DNA of 64,000 bases, taken from positions 1,054,001 to 1,118,000 of the forward strand of contig BQFW01000011.1 in the NCBI GenBank assembly GCA_020891255.1. The letters are read 5' to 3'. This document shows positions 37,753 through 49,949 of the stretch, in pieces (positions within the stretch are counted from its first letter, which is position 1; each line of letters opens with the position of its first letter). The DNA is from Entomortierella parvispora E1425. Lineage: Eukaryota; Fungi; Mortierellomycota. The notes under the pieces are model-generated. The model was given only the letters and a program-made list of their open reading frames with translations, made no database searches and had not been told where the DNA came from. A program made the translations under genes and the position numbers.

Positions 37753-38931
37753 TTATTTTGTATGGTGTGAAGCATTGGTCTCTTCGCTAGCGCACCCAAT
37801 GATGTTCTTTCGATGAGTGCTACACCAGTCATCCCCTTCATAATCATCTTGACGAACGTCAGGTGTGGTCATATTACCTTCTTCCGACTTCTCCCAGTCG
37901 CCATTGCCGTCCGTTTTGTGAGGAGGTCTCTCTTTGAAAAGCATTTGCTGAACTAGAGTGCTAGAGCTCAGGTCTAAACTGCCGGGTTTGTTGGAGGACA
38001 AGCTTGAACTCGTTATGGTTGGGTTAGACGACGGTTGAGAAGGTATGGAGTCTGAAGTTTGACGCCACGACGCCTCGATGTCGACAGGGCTTTTAAAAGA
38101 GGAGAGTGAGGGCCGAAGCTCCCTGGAAGAAACATCACTCGGGTCTCGTTCTGTGGAATACGATTCCTGGTCATCCAGTTCACCATCCACAGGTCCTGAC
38201 GAAGGGGCGACGAGTTTAGACGATGATGGAGGAGGTATCGTTCCACCGTGTCCAGAATAGCTTTCATTTACAGCCCATGCATCATCCTTGTCGTCAGCGG
38301 TGTCTGCACTCCCAACTGGAGCTGAATTGTCAGAGACAAGTGGCGCCGATGCCGGAGAGGACGAGATGAGTGACTGTCCATCAGCATCGGACTTCGAATC
38401 GGATCCTACATGGTTTTGAGAGACCAATGGGTCTTGCTGGCCTTGGCTGGAGCCAGGGGCAGGGGTATTGGTCGACGGCCCTTGGTGCTCTAATGGTTTT
38501 GAAGACCAAGCTGCTGCCACTGAAGACGATGATGAGGTGGAGGACACTGCTGACAAAGTTGAGAAACGAGCCAGATTGTAAGCCTGATACCGACTGTTCC
38601 CTGCAAAGTCCAGAAACGATAAAGCTCCGCAAGCAGAACTTGAAGATGCAGCACTAGAATGACCAGCACTCGCACAGCTAATATTTGAAGCCTTGTTTCC
38701 ACCTGTTGAAGACGAAGGTTTGTATAGGATATTATGAGGGTGTCCCGAGATCCAGGTGTGCCCCATGCGCCGCTGTTGACGGTCAAGGACCATTGCGGGA
38801 CCGGAAAAGGCTCTTTTGCCAGTCACGATGGGCCGCTTGCAACCAATGTATAGGTGCAGGTAGGCGGACGAACGCATTGAGGCAGCCAAGGTTATGGAGG
38901 CACATGGGCCTAATGGTATGGATGTTGACAT
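37753..38931 (-). CDS. Hypothetical Ser-rich protein, possibly the N-terminal part of the tRNA-binding gene
   Basis: 392-aa ORF with a basic, presequence-like N-terminus followed by Ser/Asp-rich sequence; it ends only ~60 bp before the next ORF. Confidence 0.5.
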   Translation of the reverse strand: MSTSIPLGPCASITLAASMRSSAYLHLYIGCKRPIVTGKRAFSGPAMVLDRQQRRMGHTWISGHPHNILYKPSSSTGGNKASNISCASAGHSSAASSSSACGALSFLDFAGNSRYQAYNLARFSTLSAVSSTSSSSSVAAAWSSKPLEHQGPSTNTPAPGSSQGQQDPLVSQNHVGSDSKSDADGQSLISSSPASAPLVSDNSAPVGSADTADDKDDAWAVNESYSGHGGTIPPPSSSKLVAPSSGPVDGELDDQESYSTERDPSDVSSRELRPSLSSFKSPVDIEASWRQTSDSIPSQPSSNPTITSSSLSSNKPGSLDLSSSTLVQQMLFKERPPHKTDGNGDWEKSEEGNMTTPDVRQDDYEGDDWCSTHRKNIIGCASEETNASHHTK

Positions 38932-39037
38932 GAAGGATCAATGGCAGGCGTGTGAAAGGAGACGATTGACCGTGTGTTTTCTTCGGTTGAGAATGGAGGA
39001 TAAATTAAGGGGCGTTTATATGCGTTTTTTTATTCTC

Positions 39038-39763
39038 TTACTTTCGAGCAACCTCGTCCCACCGCGAGAGTCGATCCAAGGTATCAAACCAAGGATCTCT
39101 AGTCATCCCGTAGCTCGCGAGATGATCCTGGTTCATCGTCCTGGATCGCACTCGTTTTCTCTCCAATGCCGCAGTTCTCTTCCCGCACACTGCCGCGGCA
39201 AGATCTGTGCGCCAGTCTGCACCAAAATCGTCTTCCTGCAGTTTTGGATCCACGGAGACACAACGATTCGGGAAGGCCTGCTCTTCGTCCGATGTTGCTG
39301 TCAAGTAATCAATACAGTAAAAACCAATCTTGCACAGAGCGTGGGAAAATAGCCCGGGACTCATCAATGGTAACTCGTCAACGTCAGAGTGAGTGCCGGC
39401 GTTAGCAGCTTGACCGCGATCAGCAAACGCCATTGAGGTTTCTGCAAGAGTCGTAGTCTCAGGTGGTGCTTGAAAAGGCGCCACCATTAATCTATTATTC
39501 TTCCTCTGTCGTTGTGCTCTTTGGGACAATGTGGTGCCGCTCAGGGATCGTTCTAACAATCCCGATGTTCTGAGGTTGCTGGAGGCAATTGGCGAGCCTT
39601 CATCCACTGGTGACTTTATAAAAACACTATGTGAGTGGGCCAAGCGATCCCAACAGTGGTCTTCTTCGTTCGGATAGACGGAGCAGAGCGCTCGAGAGTA
39701 AGTTGTAAACCAGGGACCATCAACAGGAAAAGAACTATCGTCGAATTTGTTTGTATCTGTCAT
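39038..39763 (-). CDS. Hypothetical protein
   Basis: 241-aa ATG-initiated ORF with a possible GTAAG donor at its 3' end; no family recognised. Confidence 0.45.
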   Translation of the reverse strand: MTDTNKFDDSSFPVDGPWFTTYSRALCSVYPNEEDHCWDRLAHSHSVFIKSPVDEGSPIASSNLRTSGLLERSLSGTTLSQRAQRQRKNNRLMVAPFQAPPETTTLAETSMAFADRGQAANAGTHSDVDELPLMSPGLFSHALCKIGFYCIDYLTATSDEEQAFPNRCVSVDPKLQEDDFGADWRTDLAAAVCGKRTAALERKRVRSRTMNQDHLASYGMTRDPWFDTLDRLSRWDEVARK

Positions 39764-39969
39764 GTCGATCTTGGAGTTTGGAGGTCAGAGGTCAAAGGTT
39801 GAGGTGCAGATAGAAAGTGCGTGGTGACTGCAAGATTGTTGGGGAAAAGTTGAGAAGTGGGACAGTTCTCCTTTTTGACGATGAGATGGTCCGAGCAAAG
39901 TACGTTGGTCACACGGCATAGCCACGTACACAACAAGGATCCAGACTTTTATTGTTCAGACTAGAGGCA

Positions 39970-40645
39970 CTAACGCTGCTTCTTGTGCTGAATGTCTGAT
40001 GTAGCGACCGCCTCGAATGAACGTACTCGGTTGAAACACTCGTACAGCATCCAAAGTGGGAACAAGAGCCAAGGCATATAGAGGGACGTCAGGAACAATT
40101 TCTGCGAGTCTGAGACAAGAAAAGGAAAATCACTGTCCTCGCCAAGGTTCAAGGTAGTCAGGCAGGGCAGGACTGTGGTAATAACGTGCGCCGAGTAAAT
40201 GCAGATCCAAAGAGCAACACTCTTGCGATTATGGTACAGTGCCCAAGCAGCATAGATAAAGATGGGCAATTGCACCAACCCTTCCATGTGCAGGAATGTC
40301 TTGAACCAGATCAAGGACTTATCACCCATGAACGGATCCCTATAGTTTTCAATGTAGTACTCTAAAAAAGTTTCGGGTCATAGTTTTTTTTACTATGTCA
40401 GCTGCATGCAACCTTAAGACTTCTGTTCATTCATGCCTGCTACAAGGATATCTTCAAAGATGAGAGATCGTTCTAACCCTACCTGTGAACTTGACCAATG
40501 GCTGGATATGAGGTTGGATGAAGGACGGGTATAGGGGAACCACATCCATGAGGACCGTGGTGGGGATATGCGATACAAAGTACAAAAACATGGCCATATC
40601 TTTAGGCCGAGCAGAAAGAGGCACCCGAGTTCCTGAGTTCGACAT
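39970..40645 (-). CDS. EXPERA-domain (TMEM97/EBP-like) ER membrane protein, 2 exons
   Basis: FLYFVSHIPTTVLMD, YIENYRDPFM, WFKTFLHMEGLVQLP, YSAHVITTVLPCL, YMPWLLFP. Confidence 0.88.
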
Positions 40646-40727
40646 TGTTTGGAGTATGATGGCAAAGACAGAGATGGTAAAGACAGAGATGGCGCATGTC
40701 AAATAGGTGCTCACTCGCTTGCTCGTT

Positions 40728-40736
40728 TCACGTGAC
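40728..40736 (-). promoter_or_regulatory. GTCACGTGA E-box in the EXPERA/GRASP divergent promoter
   Basis: TCACGTGAC on +, nearly midway between ATG 40645 (-) and ATG 40833 (+). Confidence 0.45.
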
Positions 40737-40832
40737 CGAATGTTGGACAAACGCGCTCTTGCATGATGGCAAATTTCACAATCGTTTCAACCGTCCACAC
40801 CATCAATTTGACGAGAGCTCTTTTGCAGGACC

Positions 40833-42450
40833 ATGGGAAACACGGCTTCAGGAGAAGAAGGGAGACATCGCCTCGGATATCATGTGTTACGAGTAATGAG
40901 TTCTCTCCTGCCATGCACTGGTGGTTCCCAACGCGCTAATTGAGACTGACCAACTCTTTTTGCTGGAACAGGTCAAAGAGGACTCTCCGGCGTATAGAGC
41001 AGGACTGAGGCCTTTCTTTGACTATATAGTAGCCATCAATGGCATCCGACTGAACACCGAAGGGTCATATCTCCAGGAACAAATGATTGCTCACGAAGAA
41101 AAGACCGTCGTGCTCGATGTCTACTCCACAAGGGAGCAAGCAGGTCGACGTAAGCCCTCCAGTGAACTGACTCACTTTTTTTATGAAATGAACTGTGGTC
41201 GCATTTGAGTCTAACAGGTTTCCATTAGGCGTCGAGATGGTTCCTTCCAGAAATTGGGGCGACGGTCAAGGAGGTCTGATTGGATGCAGCATTCGATTCT
41301 GCATGTTTGACGCCGTGAATGATGTCGTCTGGCATGTACTGGTATGTCAAGTCTATAATTTAATGCACCTGGAGCTTTGATAGAGGATTCTTATACCGTC
41401 TCTGCTTTTTGAATATGATATGTCATAGGATGTGGCGCATGGCTCTCCAGCAGAGCGAGCCGGACTTTGCGCACACTCCGACTATGTGATTGGCACACCG
41501 TATGGTATAATGAGAGGGGAAGGTGACCTGTATGATCTCGTGGAAGATAACATAGGGGAGCCTCTTCGTCTTCATGTCTACAACTCGGAAACAGACCATG
41601 TCCGGGAGGTTAGTAGCAGTGATTTTGCATTTGATGGGAGCTTCACTTCACAAACAAAGGCCTAATGCAAAGCGTTGATTCATTGTAGATCGTAATTGTC
41701 CCGAACGAAGAATGGGGCGGGGAAGGTCTGCTCGGATGCGATGTCGGATATGGGTATGTAGGAAGGAAAGTACCAATATTTCTACTTTCGAATGCCTCAA
41801 ACTGATTTTTTTTCCCTCCTGAAATCCATCTGCACATCAGATATCTTCACCGGTTGCCGCGCCAAGGGTCAATAATTCATCAGAGCGGAGGCTCGCCAAG
41901 TAGGCGTCCATCTATGCCAACTTTCTCTTCTCAAGAAACACTTCCAGAACCAAGCTATGCGAGGAATACCATGCCTGCAACATTCGCACCTGGAGAACAA
42001 CCATTTGACATCTTGGCTCCGACTCCCCGACCTCCTCAGTCACCATCCTGGCTCAATTCAAATACATCGTTGGAGGGTACACTTCAAGGAGTCATAACGT
42101 CAGAAAATGTTCAAGATGATCAGGAGTGGCCCCCGCTTCGTTTCGGTCGAGGTGAGCGACCTGATGCAGAGGATGAGGACGAGCCAGACTCTGAAGAAGA
42201 ATTTGTACCAAGAGTACGCCCACTGGACTCCGCACGAGTAGAACACGAGCAGGCAGTACAGCCATCGTCACCCACCACACAAAGCAATGGCAGGAATAAG
42301 CAATATCATGGCACAGACTCGAGTTCCCCTGATCCACACCAAAAATCTATATTGATGAATGATGGCGAGATCCCGTTTGTGAGTTCAAATTCTAACAGAG
42401 ACAGTTCTGAAGTGCGGAGCCACCCTTTTTTCCATGAGGGGCGCCAATAA
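40833..42450 (+). CDS. GRH1: GRASP55/65-family protein (Grh1), multi-exon
   Basis: MGNTASG (myristoylation-type start), GYHVLR|[56 protein letters not shown]. Confidence 0.92.
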
Positions 42451-43043
42451 AGGTGAACTGGAAGGGTCACGAACAACAAAGGAAGAGTCATTGTAGGGCG
42501 AGCAAAGGAAAGAGCTTTGGAAAAGAAGGTGCACGCGCGAAGCAAGGAGTCGGGCTCAACTTGGGAGCACAGAGTCGTGGAAGGAGGGGACAGGACACGA
42601 AGGGAGCCGAGCAGGGCGAATCTCTGTCCTCTGGCTTGTGATTGATTCGTTTTGAAGCAAGTGTATCTGTGTGTAGCCAGCAGCCTGCGTGGCCAACGCC
42701 AGTCGTGGAGAGGACGAGAAAGGGGTGTCTGGGGTGTCACATGAATGAGTTCTTGCTCTTGCCAATGCAGATTCCTCCTTGAGGCGACAAGAGGGGAGAG
42801 GAGGGGACGTTGCTCTCAGCTCATCATCATCCACATCATCACGCTTCATCACGCTTCATCTCCTGGTGTCCCCGACACTTTTTCTTCTTTCTTTCTTGTG
42901 CGATCGCTCATCTTTCTTCTTCTCCTTCACATCCTGTTCTGTTTTTTAACCCCTCGTTCCCTTGTTCATCTCTCCATCTGCCATTCGTTTTCTCCTCATC
43001 TGTCCTCTTTCATCTATTTCCTATTTCCCCACATCTCACCCCC

Positions 43044-45349
43044 ATGACAGAGGCCGCCATGTCAGAAGCCCCGATGCACCCGGCCCCGGAGCCCGTCAGC
43101 AAGGACGTGACCTCGAAGGACATTGCCAACCTCTACTCACGCATCCACAACCTCATTGAAACCGTCAAGGAGCCCCAGCAAAAGGCGACGGCTGCTCTGG
43201 CAGCACCCACACCTGTTGACCCGACCAGTAGCAACAGCAACGAAGCTGGTAAGAATGGTCCTCCAAGGCAGCTCGCTCATTCGCTTCTCTCCCCCTCTCC
43301 CTGTTATCGCCCTCTCCCTCTTTCTCTCTTTTTGAGAGAGACTGTGTATCATCATCCCTTTGTCTGTTGTTGTGCAGTTGTTGTGCAGTTGTTGTGCGGT
43401 TGTGTGCCCTTGCTTGCGCCTGCATTTCTATTGGACCTGCCAAACAGCGGACGCAGACCAGGCAAACTCGCAGGACATCCAAGTTGGCCGTCCTGACGGT
43501 TTTACATTTCCCCTCCCCCTTCCATCCTTGCCCTGCATTCTCTTTCTCCCCCTTCTTTCCGTGCACCCTTACTGACGCTTCTACCATGGCATCGAATCTA
43601 GCCTCATCTGCCGCCGTGAATTCAACAGAAGTGGCTAGCACCTCCCATGCAAATGGCGTTGACAAGGAGGACCAGCCGATCTCGGGCGAATGTCCTTGCT
43701 ATAAAGTCTGCTCCAACATTTCCAACAGAGCCTGTGGTATGTGCGAACGTATCATCCCTGCGCTTGCCGAAGCCCACAATGAACGCACACTCACTCTTGA
43801 GGAATTGGAGCAGACCACTGTCCGTCTGGCCGAAGAACAGAAGCGCGCGTCTGCAGAGTCAATCGAGGCCGAGATTCTGCGAAAGAAGGTCGAGGATTTG
43901 GAGGATGCCCTCGATTCCAAGACGGATGATTACCTTAGTGCCCAGCGGGATCTTGCAGTTTTGAACGACAAGTACGTGGACGAAATCGAGAAGGTGGCAG
44001 AGCTTCAGCTAGCCAAGGAGATGGTCGAAGGAGAGTTGGAGGAGCTGAGTCGTACTCTTTTTGAGGAAGCAAATGGCATGGTTGCCACAGAGGCTAGGGC
44101 TAGACACCAGCTCGAGTTGACCCGCAAACACCTTGAACTGGAGCTCAAAGACGCTCAGGAACGTCTAGCTGCAGAGACCTCTCAGCTCAAGGAGCTCAAG
44201 CAAAAGATGGAAGCCATGATGGACACCCACACGACTCAAAGCAAGCGCTCTTCCACGGATCCCTCCAACCGAGGTAGCGTAGATCTGGCCCAGCTCTTTG
44301 GCCTGAATAAGATCAATGTCCCAGAACAGATTCCCGAAGAGCAACCCACAACCGCCATTGCCATCGACGGACAGTTGATGCACGAATTTAAAGAGTTTGT
44401 GGCTCAGAGTTCGACCGTGCGTCTCGCCAAGATTCACAGCTTGCCGTTCATGAGACACTGTCAGGATGAGGATGTAGAGCCCTGTCTGCGTTTCGGATCC
44501 AACCCCAGGATTTCTGCCAGAAAGTTGACCGAAGGAATCTGCTCCAACACTTGTTATATTGAAGAGACAACCCCGGAGCAAGTACAGGAATATGAGCGCA
44601 TGGTTTTGGCTGCCCAACAACCTGCGTCTCCAGCACGCAACTCCATGTCGAACAAGAACCTTCTCTGGGAGAGACTCCAGACGCAGTATGCGCTCTACCA
44701 GGCTCCCAAGGGCGGGTGCCAAACTTGTGGACGATCTGGTCCTTTGAGCCACCGGTACAGAATCGCGACCTCTGATGAGTGGTCCTACATTGATCGGTTC
44801 TGCCGTGATCGTTTAGTTGCTGCGTGCGAGTTCTACATTTTCATCCGCAACATCCGCGCTGGTCTGTACTCGACCAGGACGATCGAGGATTTGTACTCGG
44901 AAAGTCTTCGGCTTCGACTCCAAATGTTCTATGCCCGCGCTGGAGTCCTTCCCATTATGCTATCGGAATTAGGCGTCACTTCGCAGTCGATTGGCAACAT
45001 GGGACCCTCTGGCGAATGGCCCGAAGGCGCACAGACTCGGCTGGAGATTGACGAGGAAGGCTCTGTCGGCTCTACTACGCCCATTACCACACCAAAGATG
45101 GAACGTGCTAATATCATCTCTCGACCAGAATCTCGAGGAGGGGAGAGTGAAGTTCAGTCGCGCAAGACCTCCGAAGAAGCTCTCAAGGAGGTCGAGGTTA
45201 AGGAGGAGTCACATGGAGAGAAGGTATCAGCAGAGGCGGAGGCTACTACGGAGGAGAAGATCGAGCCAGCGCCTGCTCTTCCGTCGGCGACGGCTGGATC
45301 AGAGTCAACGAACCCTTGGACTGCTGCTGATGCAGAGGAATCGAAATAG
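43044..45349 (+). CDS. SEC2: Rab guanine nucleotide exchange factor Sec2, 2 exons
   Basis: Intron 43249-43601. Coiled coil EGELEELSRTLFEEANGMVATE, EDVEPCLRF, CRDRLVAACEFYIFIRNI, LRLQMFYAR. Confidence 0.92.
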
Positions 45350-46106
45350 AGCGGACATCTACCTGTATCTCTGTTCCTCTCTCTCTCTTCCCTTTTTTCA
45401 ATTCCTGAGCACGGTGGCAAGATGAGGCCTGATTTTACTCCTTCTTGCATTGCAGATGTTTTGTAGTTTGCACAGATGCTCAATAATACCAACCCGAACA
45501 CCCATTGTACTTGCCTGTTTGCTGTCAAGACAACGCCTTTTGTGCATGTATAGACTGCATGTTTAAAGAGTAACATCGAGGATGTCAAGTTTGGTAATAT
45601 CGCTACTGCCAACCACCATTGCCCGCCCGCTCAAGGGTCATCAAGATCCCCTATCCAATTCAGAGAAAAAAAAAAGAAAAAAAAATGGCAAGAACAAAGG
45701 CAGAGGTCTCTTGCCCAAACCGCATTCACCAATCGCCCATGGCAGCAAGGTTAGAAATGAAGCCCTTCAAGGCATCAAAGTAAGCTTCAGGGACATCTTC
45801 GTACTTCTCAAACTCTGCGCAGCTTGTAGGGTGACAACTCGCAGTCATGAAGAAATCGTCTGTCCACAAAGGGGAGGGGAAGTTACAGGCGTTGCGAGGA
45901 TGTGAGTAGAAGGACGCGACAAAAGTGCCACGGTGGGCGGAGACAACACCCCACGATTTTACGGTGGACGGACCGATGGTTGCTTTGCCTTGGCTTTGCT
46001 CGGGAAAACGTGCACTCTCGCGTCATCCCGTCACCTTCCCCTTTGTCTCCTTCCCCCACATCACCCTCCCTTCCTCTTCTTTGTTCCCCAGTTCCAACGT
46101 ACCAAC

Positions 46107-47064
46107 ATGAAAAATATCAAGTCTAGATCAGACCTTGAGAGTCAACTTGACTCAGCAGGGACGCGTCTGGTAAGTACCACAGGAGTTAGATTAGGCTGCG
46201 GTTGGCAATGGCAATGTCAGCTAATCTCGAATCCCAGCAAGCGAGTCTAATGAACTGAATCGCCCTCTGTCCATCTTGATCGCCCCATAGGTTGTCATCG
46301 ACTTTTTCGCTACATGGTAAACGCCCAGTGCAAACCAACATACGGTTGCCACGGTTGTTACCTAACATGTACTCTTTTCCACTCTTGACGTGTAGGTGCG
46401 GTCCCTGCAAGACCTTGGCGCCGGTGCTCGAGAGCCTAGAAAAGAAGTACGGCTCTACCATTTTTGCCAAGGTTGACGTGGACGAGGCTCAGGAGTGTGC
46501 AACCAAGTATGAGGTCTCGGCCATGCCAACCATCCTGTTTTTCAAGTCGAAAGCCGAGGTTGGTCGAGTTGTTGGAGCGGATGCGCAAAAAATCGAAGCA
46601 TTGATCAAGACACATCAAGGAGGGGACTCATTTGTGGGAACTGGCCAAACTCTAGGTGGCGGTAGTAGCACTCAGTCTGGCTCTACGTCCGGCAATCCGA
46701 ATGTGGAGACCATTGAAGGACCAGGGGGCAGCTGTCAGATCCAGGTTCGATTACTGGATGGGTCGGCTATCCGTGGTCAGTTTGAACCTACGCACACGGT
46801 TCAGCGTGTCCATGAATTTGTGAGGGTGAATCTGGATGCCAGAGGAGTTCAGGCTCCTGGATTTACTCTGATGTCCACGTTTCCAACCATGTAAGCGCTT
46901 TTTTTTAAGGATTTGCTCTTTCGAGGAAAGACTATTGTTTTGGTGATTAACGCCCTTTTGCTCTTGACGGCACATTCGCTAGTATTTACAAGGACGAAGC
47001 CCTGCACCAAACCCTCCAGGATGCGAAGCTCGCTCCTCGAGCGCAGTTGATTGTGAAAGTGTGA
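46107..47064 (+). CDS. Thioredoxin (WCGPC) - SHP box - UBX fusion protein, 4 exons
   Basis: Exons join to VVIDFFATW|CGPCK...VSAMPTILFFK, linker FVGTGQTLGG, then QIQVRLLDGS...FTLMSTFPT|IY...LQDAKLAPRAQLIVKV*. Confidence 0.85.
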
Positions 47065-47869
47065 GGAGTTGCGAGGATGAATTGGCTACTGTGTTGCTAA
47101 AACAAACATTATTAAAAAAAGACCTGCCTCGCATGGTTCACCTAACCTATCTAGAAGGTTGAGCTTTAGCATGTGCGCGGACGATGAAAAAAAATGCCAT
47201 GGCTACAGAACTGACCAGTTGGAGGGAGCGAGGACTTTGGAGGGCCTTGTGAGGAGTTTATGTGTTAATCTCCGACGAAGGTCGTTCACACATTGCGTAC
47301 GGCAGTCTGCTCCTTGAATGAGGACGGCAGAACGCTGTCTTTATCCCTGGTAAGCTCATTAAGGATCTACAAGTCGTGGGCACACATTTTCTGCTGCATT
47401 CTCGAATTGGGTCTGGCATGCTGCACTGCTCGATGCTCACCAAAATATCCAATTGTTGTGAAGAGCAAGTTATTTTTTTTTTTTTTTTTTTTGGAAATTC
47501 AACAGAAGGGAGAACTGCATGGAGAGAAGAGGGTGAGGCGGCGACAAGACTCCGAAAGTGTACAAAAGTACATCCCCGGGGTTCAGAGAGTGGCCCTGTT
47601 CCTGTCTTGAACTGGAACTTGGCCCCGCACTCGCAGATAGCAAATCGCGTGGTCTCAGGAACGGACGGAGGCGAATTTTTTTTTCCCAAATTTATTTGGG
47701 CGTTATTTTTGTTTTTTGTTCCTCTTTCTCTTCCCCCCCAACGAGTTTTTCTCTTCACCCCCTAACTCCTCCTCTCCGACGTCTGGGTATCCGTTACTGC
47801 CCACCATATCACTGGTTTCCTCTCAGCTCCTTCCCCTGCAATCATTCCTCATCCATTTTTCGTAACAAA

Positions 47870-49728
47870 ATGTCGCACTTGGATCAGTATGAGGGCTTTC
47901 CTGCTGAGAAGCAGGAGTATCTCGACAGCGATGCCTATGCCCAGCACCCAAACCAAGAGAACCAGGAGTTTGGCAGTGTCAAACGAGACTTGAAGTCCAG
48001 ACATTTGCAAATGATTGCCATTGGTGGTACAATTGGTACAGGCATCTTCTTGTCCTCGGGTGGATCTGTCGCGGCTGCTGGTCCTCTTGGCGCTCTCATT
48101 TCCTATTCTATTGTCGGTAAGCGAGTTTGACCTTTCATTTATAACTTCACTCGTCAGGGGCTTGCTAAATATATCCTAATCAATCCCCATTTTGTCCAAT
48201 TCGTAGGAACTATGGTGTTCTTCATTGTTACCAGTAAGCATAATCATGACAATGCCAACTGACAAGGAATCAAACGTCTAACCATTTATCGTCATGACAG
48301 GTCTCGGCGAAATGTCTGCTTATTTGCCTTTGCCCGGTGCCTTCACCACATTCGGAGCTCGATTTGTAGACCCTGCTCTGGGTTTCGGTCTGGGAGTTGG
48401 ATATGCCTTCCAGTGGATTATCACCGTTACAATTGAGGTGACAGCAGCGGGAATGATCCTTCAGTATTGGTGGCCCAACTTGAAAATGTGGATCCCGGCA
48501 CTGGTTTTCATCGTTTTGCTTGTTCTCATTACCATGATGGGTGTGAAGGCCTTTGGTGAACTTGAGTACTGGCTGTCGATGATCAAGGTCTTGACCTGTG
48601 TCGTATTTATCATCATTGGAATCTTGGTTGACACAGGCGCCGTTGGAGGGGACAAGATCCTGGGCCGTAACTGGCACATTGATCAGGCCCCCATTGTGGG
48701 TAATACGGCCAAGGAAAAGACCATTAACATCTTTACAACCTGTGTCTGGGCATTTTTCAGTTTCGGAGGAACCGAGTTGATCGGAATCACTGCTGGAGAA
48801 TCAGCCAACCCTGCCAAGGCTGTCCCCAAGGCTATCCGTCAGACTTTCTGGCGTATTTTGTTGTTCTACATTCTCTCGATCACCGTCATTGGTCTTTGTA
48901 TTCCTTGGACCGATCCCAACTTGCTCAACTCTGTCTACGCTGACGTCAATGAGGCTGCAACGATTGCCCCCTTCACAATCATCTTCAAGATGGCTAACCT
49001 GCCAGGCGCAGATCACGCCATCAACGCTGTCTTGTTGACTGCTGTCTTGTCCGCTGGCCAAAGTTCCTTCTACGCTTCTACCCGTACTTTGATGGCCATG
49101 GGTCGTGAGGGTAAGATGCCAGCTATCTTTGGTCGCGTCAACAGCCGCGGTGTCCCTCTCTACGCCCTTGCCTTCGTTACTCTCATTGCCAGTATTGCCT
49201 TTGTAGCCGATGTAAGTTTTTTTTTTTCTTTTCCATTGTATGGTAGCCACATTTCGATCTAACTTTGAACCAAATCGTCAGACCGTTGGAACAGGTGTTG
49301 TCTTCGAGTGGTTGGTGAACTTGACAGGAATGTCGGCGCTTTTGACCTGGATGTCGATCTCGGTGATCCATCTTCGATTCCGTGCAGCCATGAAGGCTCA
49401 AGGCCGTCCTCTGTCGGACCTACCTTACGTTGCACCTTTGTTCCCTTACAGCTGCTACATCTCGATTCTCTTGGCGCTCATGATTGTTTTCTTGGAGGGT
49501 TATCAGGCTGTGACCGCTGATCCCTTCGAGGTCAAGGGTGTCGTGGCCGTCTTTGTTGGTGCGCCTGTCTTCTTCCTGACTATCATCGGTTGGAAGTTGT
49601 ACCACAAGACCCGCTTGGTGCCTTTGTTGGAGGTCGATTTGGATTCAGGACGTCCCACCATCATTCGTGGCCACCAGAACCAGCAGAAGCTGTCCCTTTG
49701 GAAGCGTATCCTGCACTTTGTTGCCTAA
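47870..49728 (+). CDS. Amino acid permease (APC superfamily, yeast amino acid transporter family), multi-exon
   Basis: LKSRHLQMIAIGGTIGTGIF, GELEYW, FSFGGTELIGITAGE, PKAIRQTFWRI, F.WLVNLTG, PYVAPLFPY. Confidence 0.96.
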
Positions 49729-49949
49729 ATATAAAAGTGCTCATACTCGTTCGCCTGCTGTCTTGTTCGGTTCCAGCACCATTCTTTGTATTTGATATCC
49801 GTCACACACATAGCTTTTTTTTCTTCTGTAATATATACAAACATCCCAAGCATCCTATTTGAGTGGCAAGTCGTGCTCCTTCGCAAGGGGTAGAAGTATT
49901 ATGGTTTTTACGGCTTAGATTTTTCTAGTTCTCCATAGCGGCCAAGCGG

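Noticed and set aside
43368-43402. Short GTTGTTGTGCA-type repeat in the SEC2 intron
   Set aside because: Ordinary slippage repeat (about 3 units) without spacers; not CRISPR-like.
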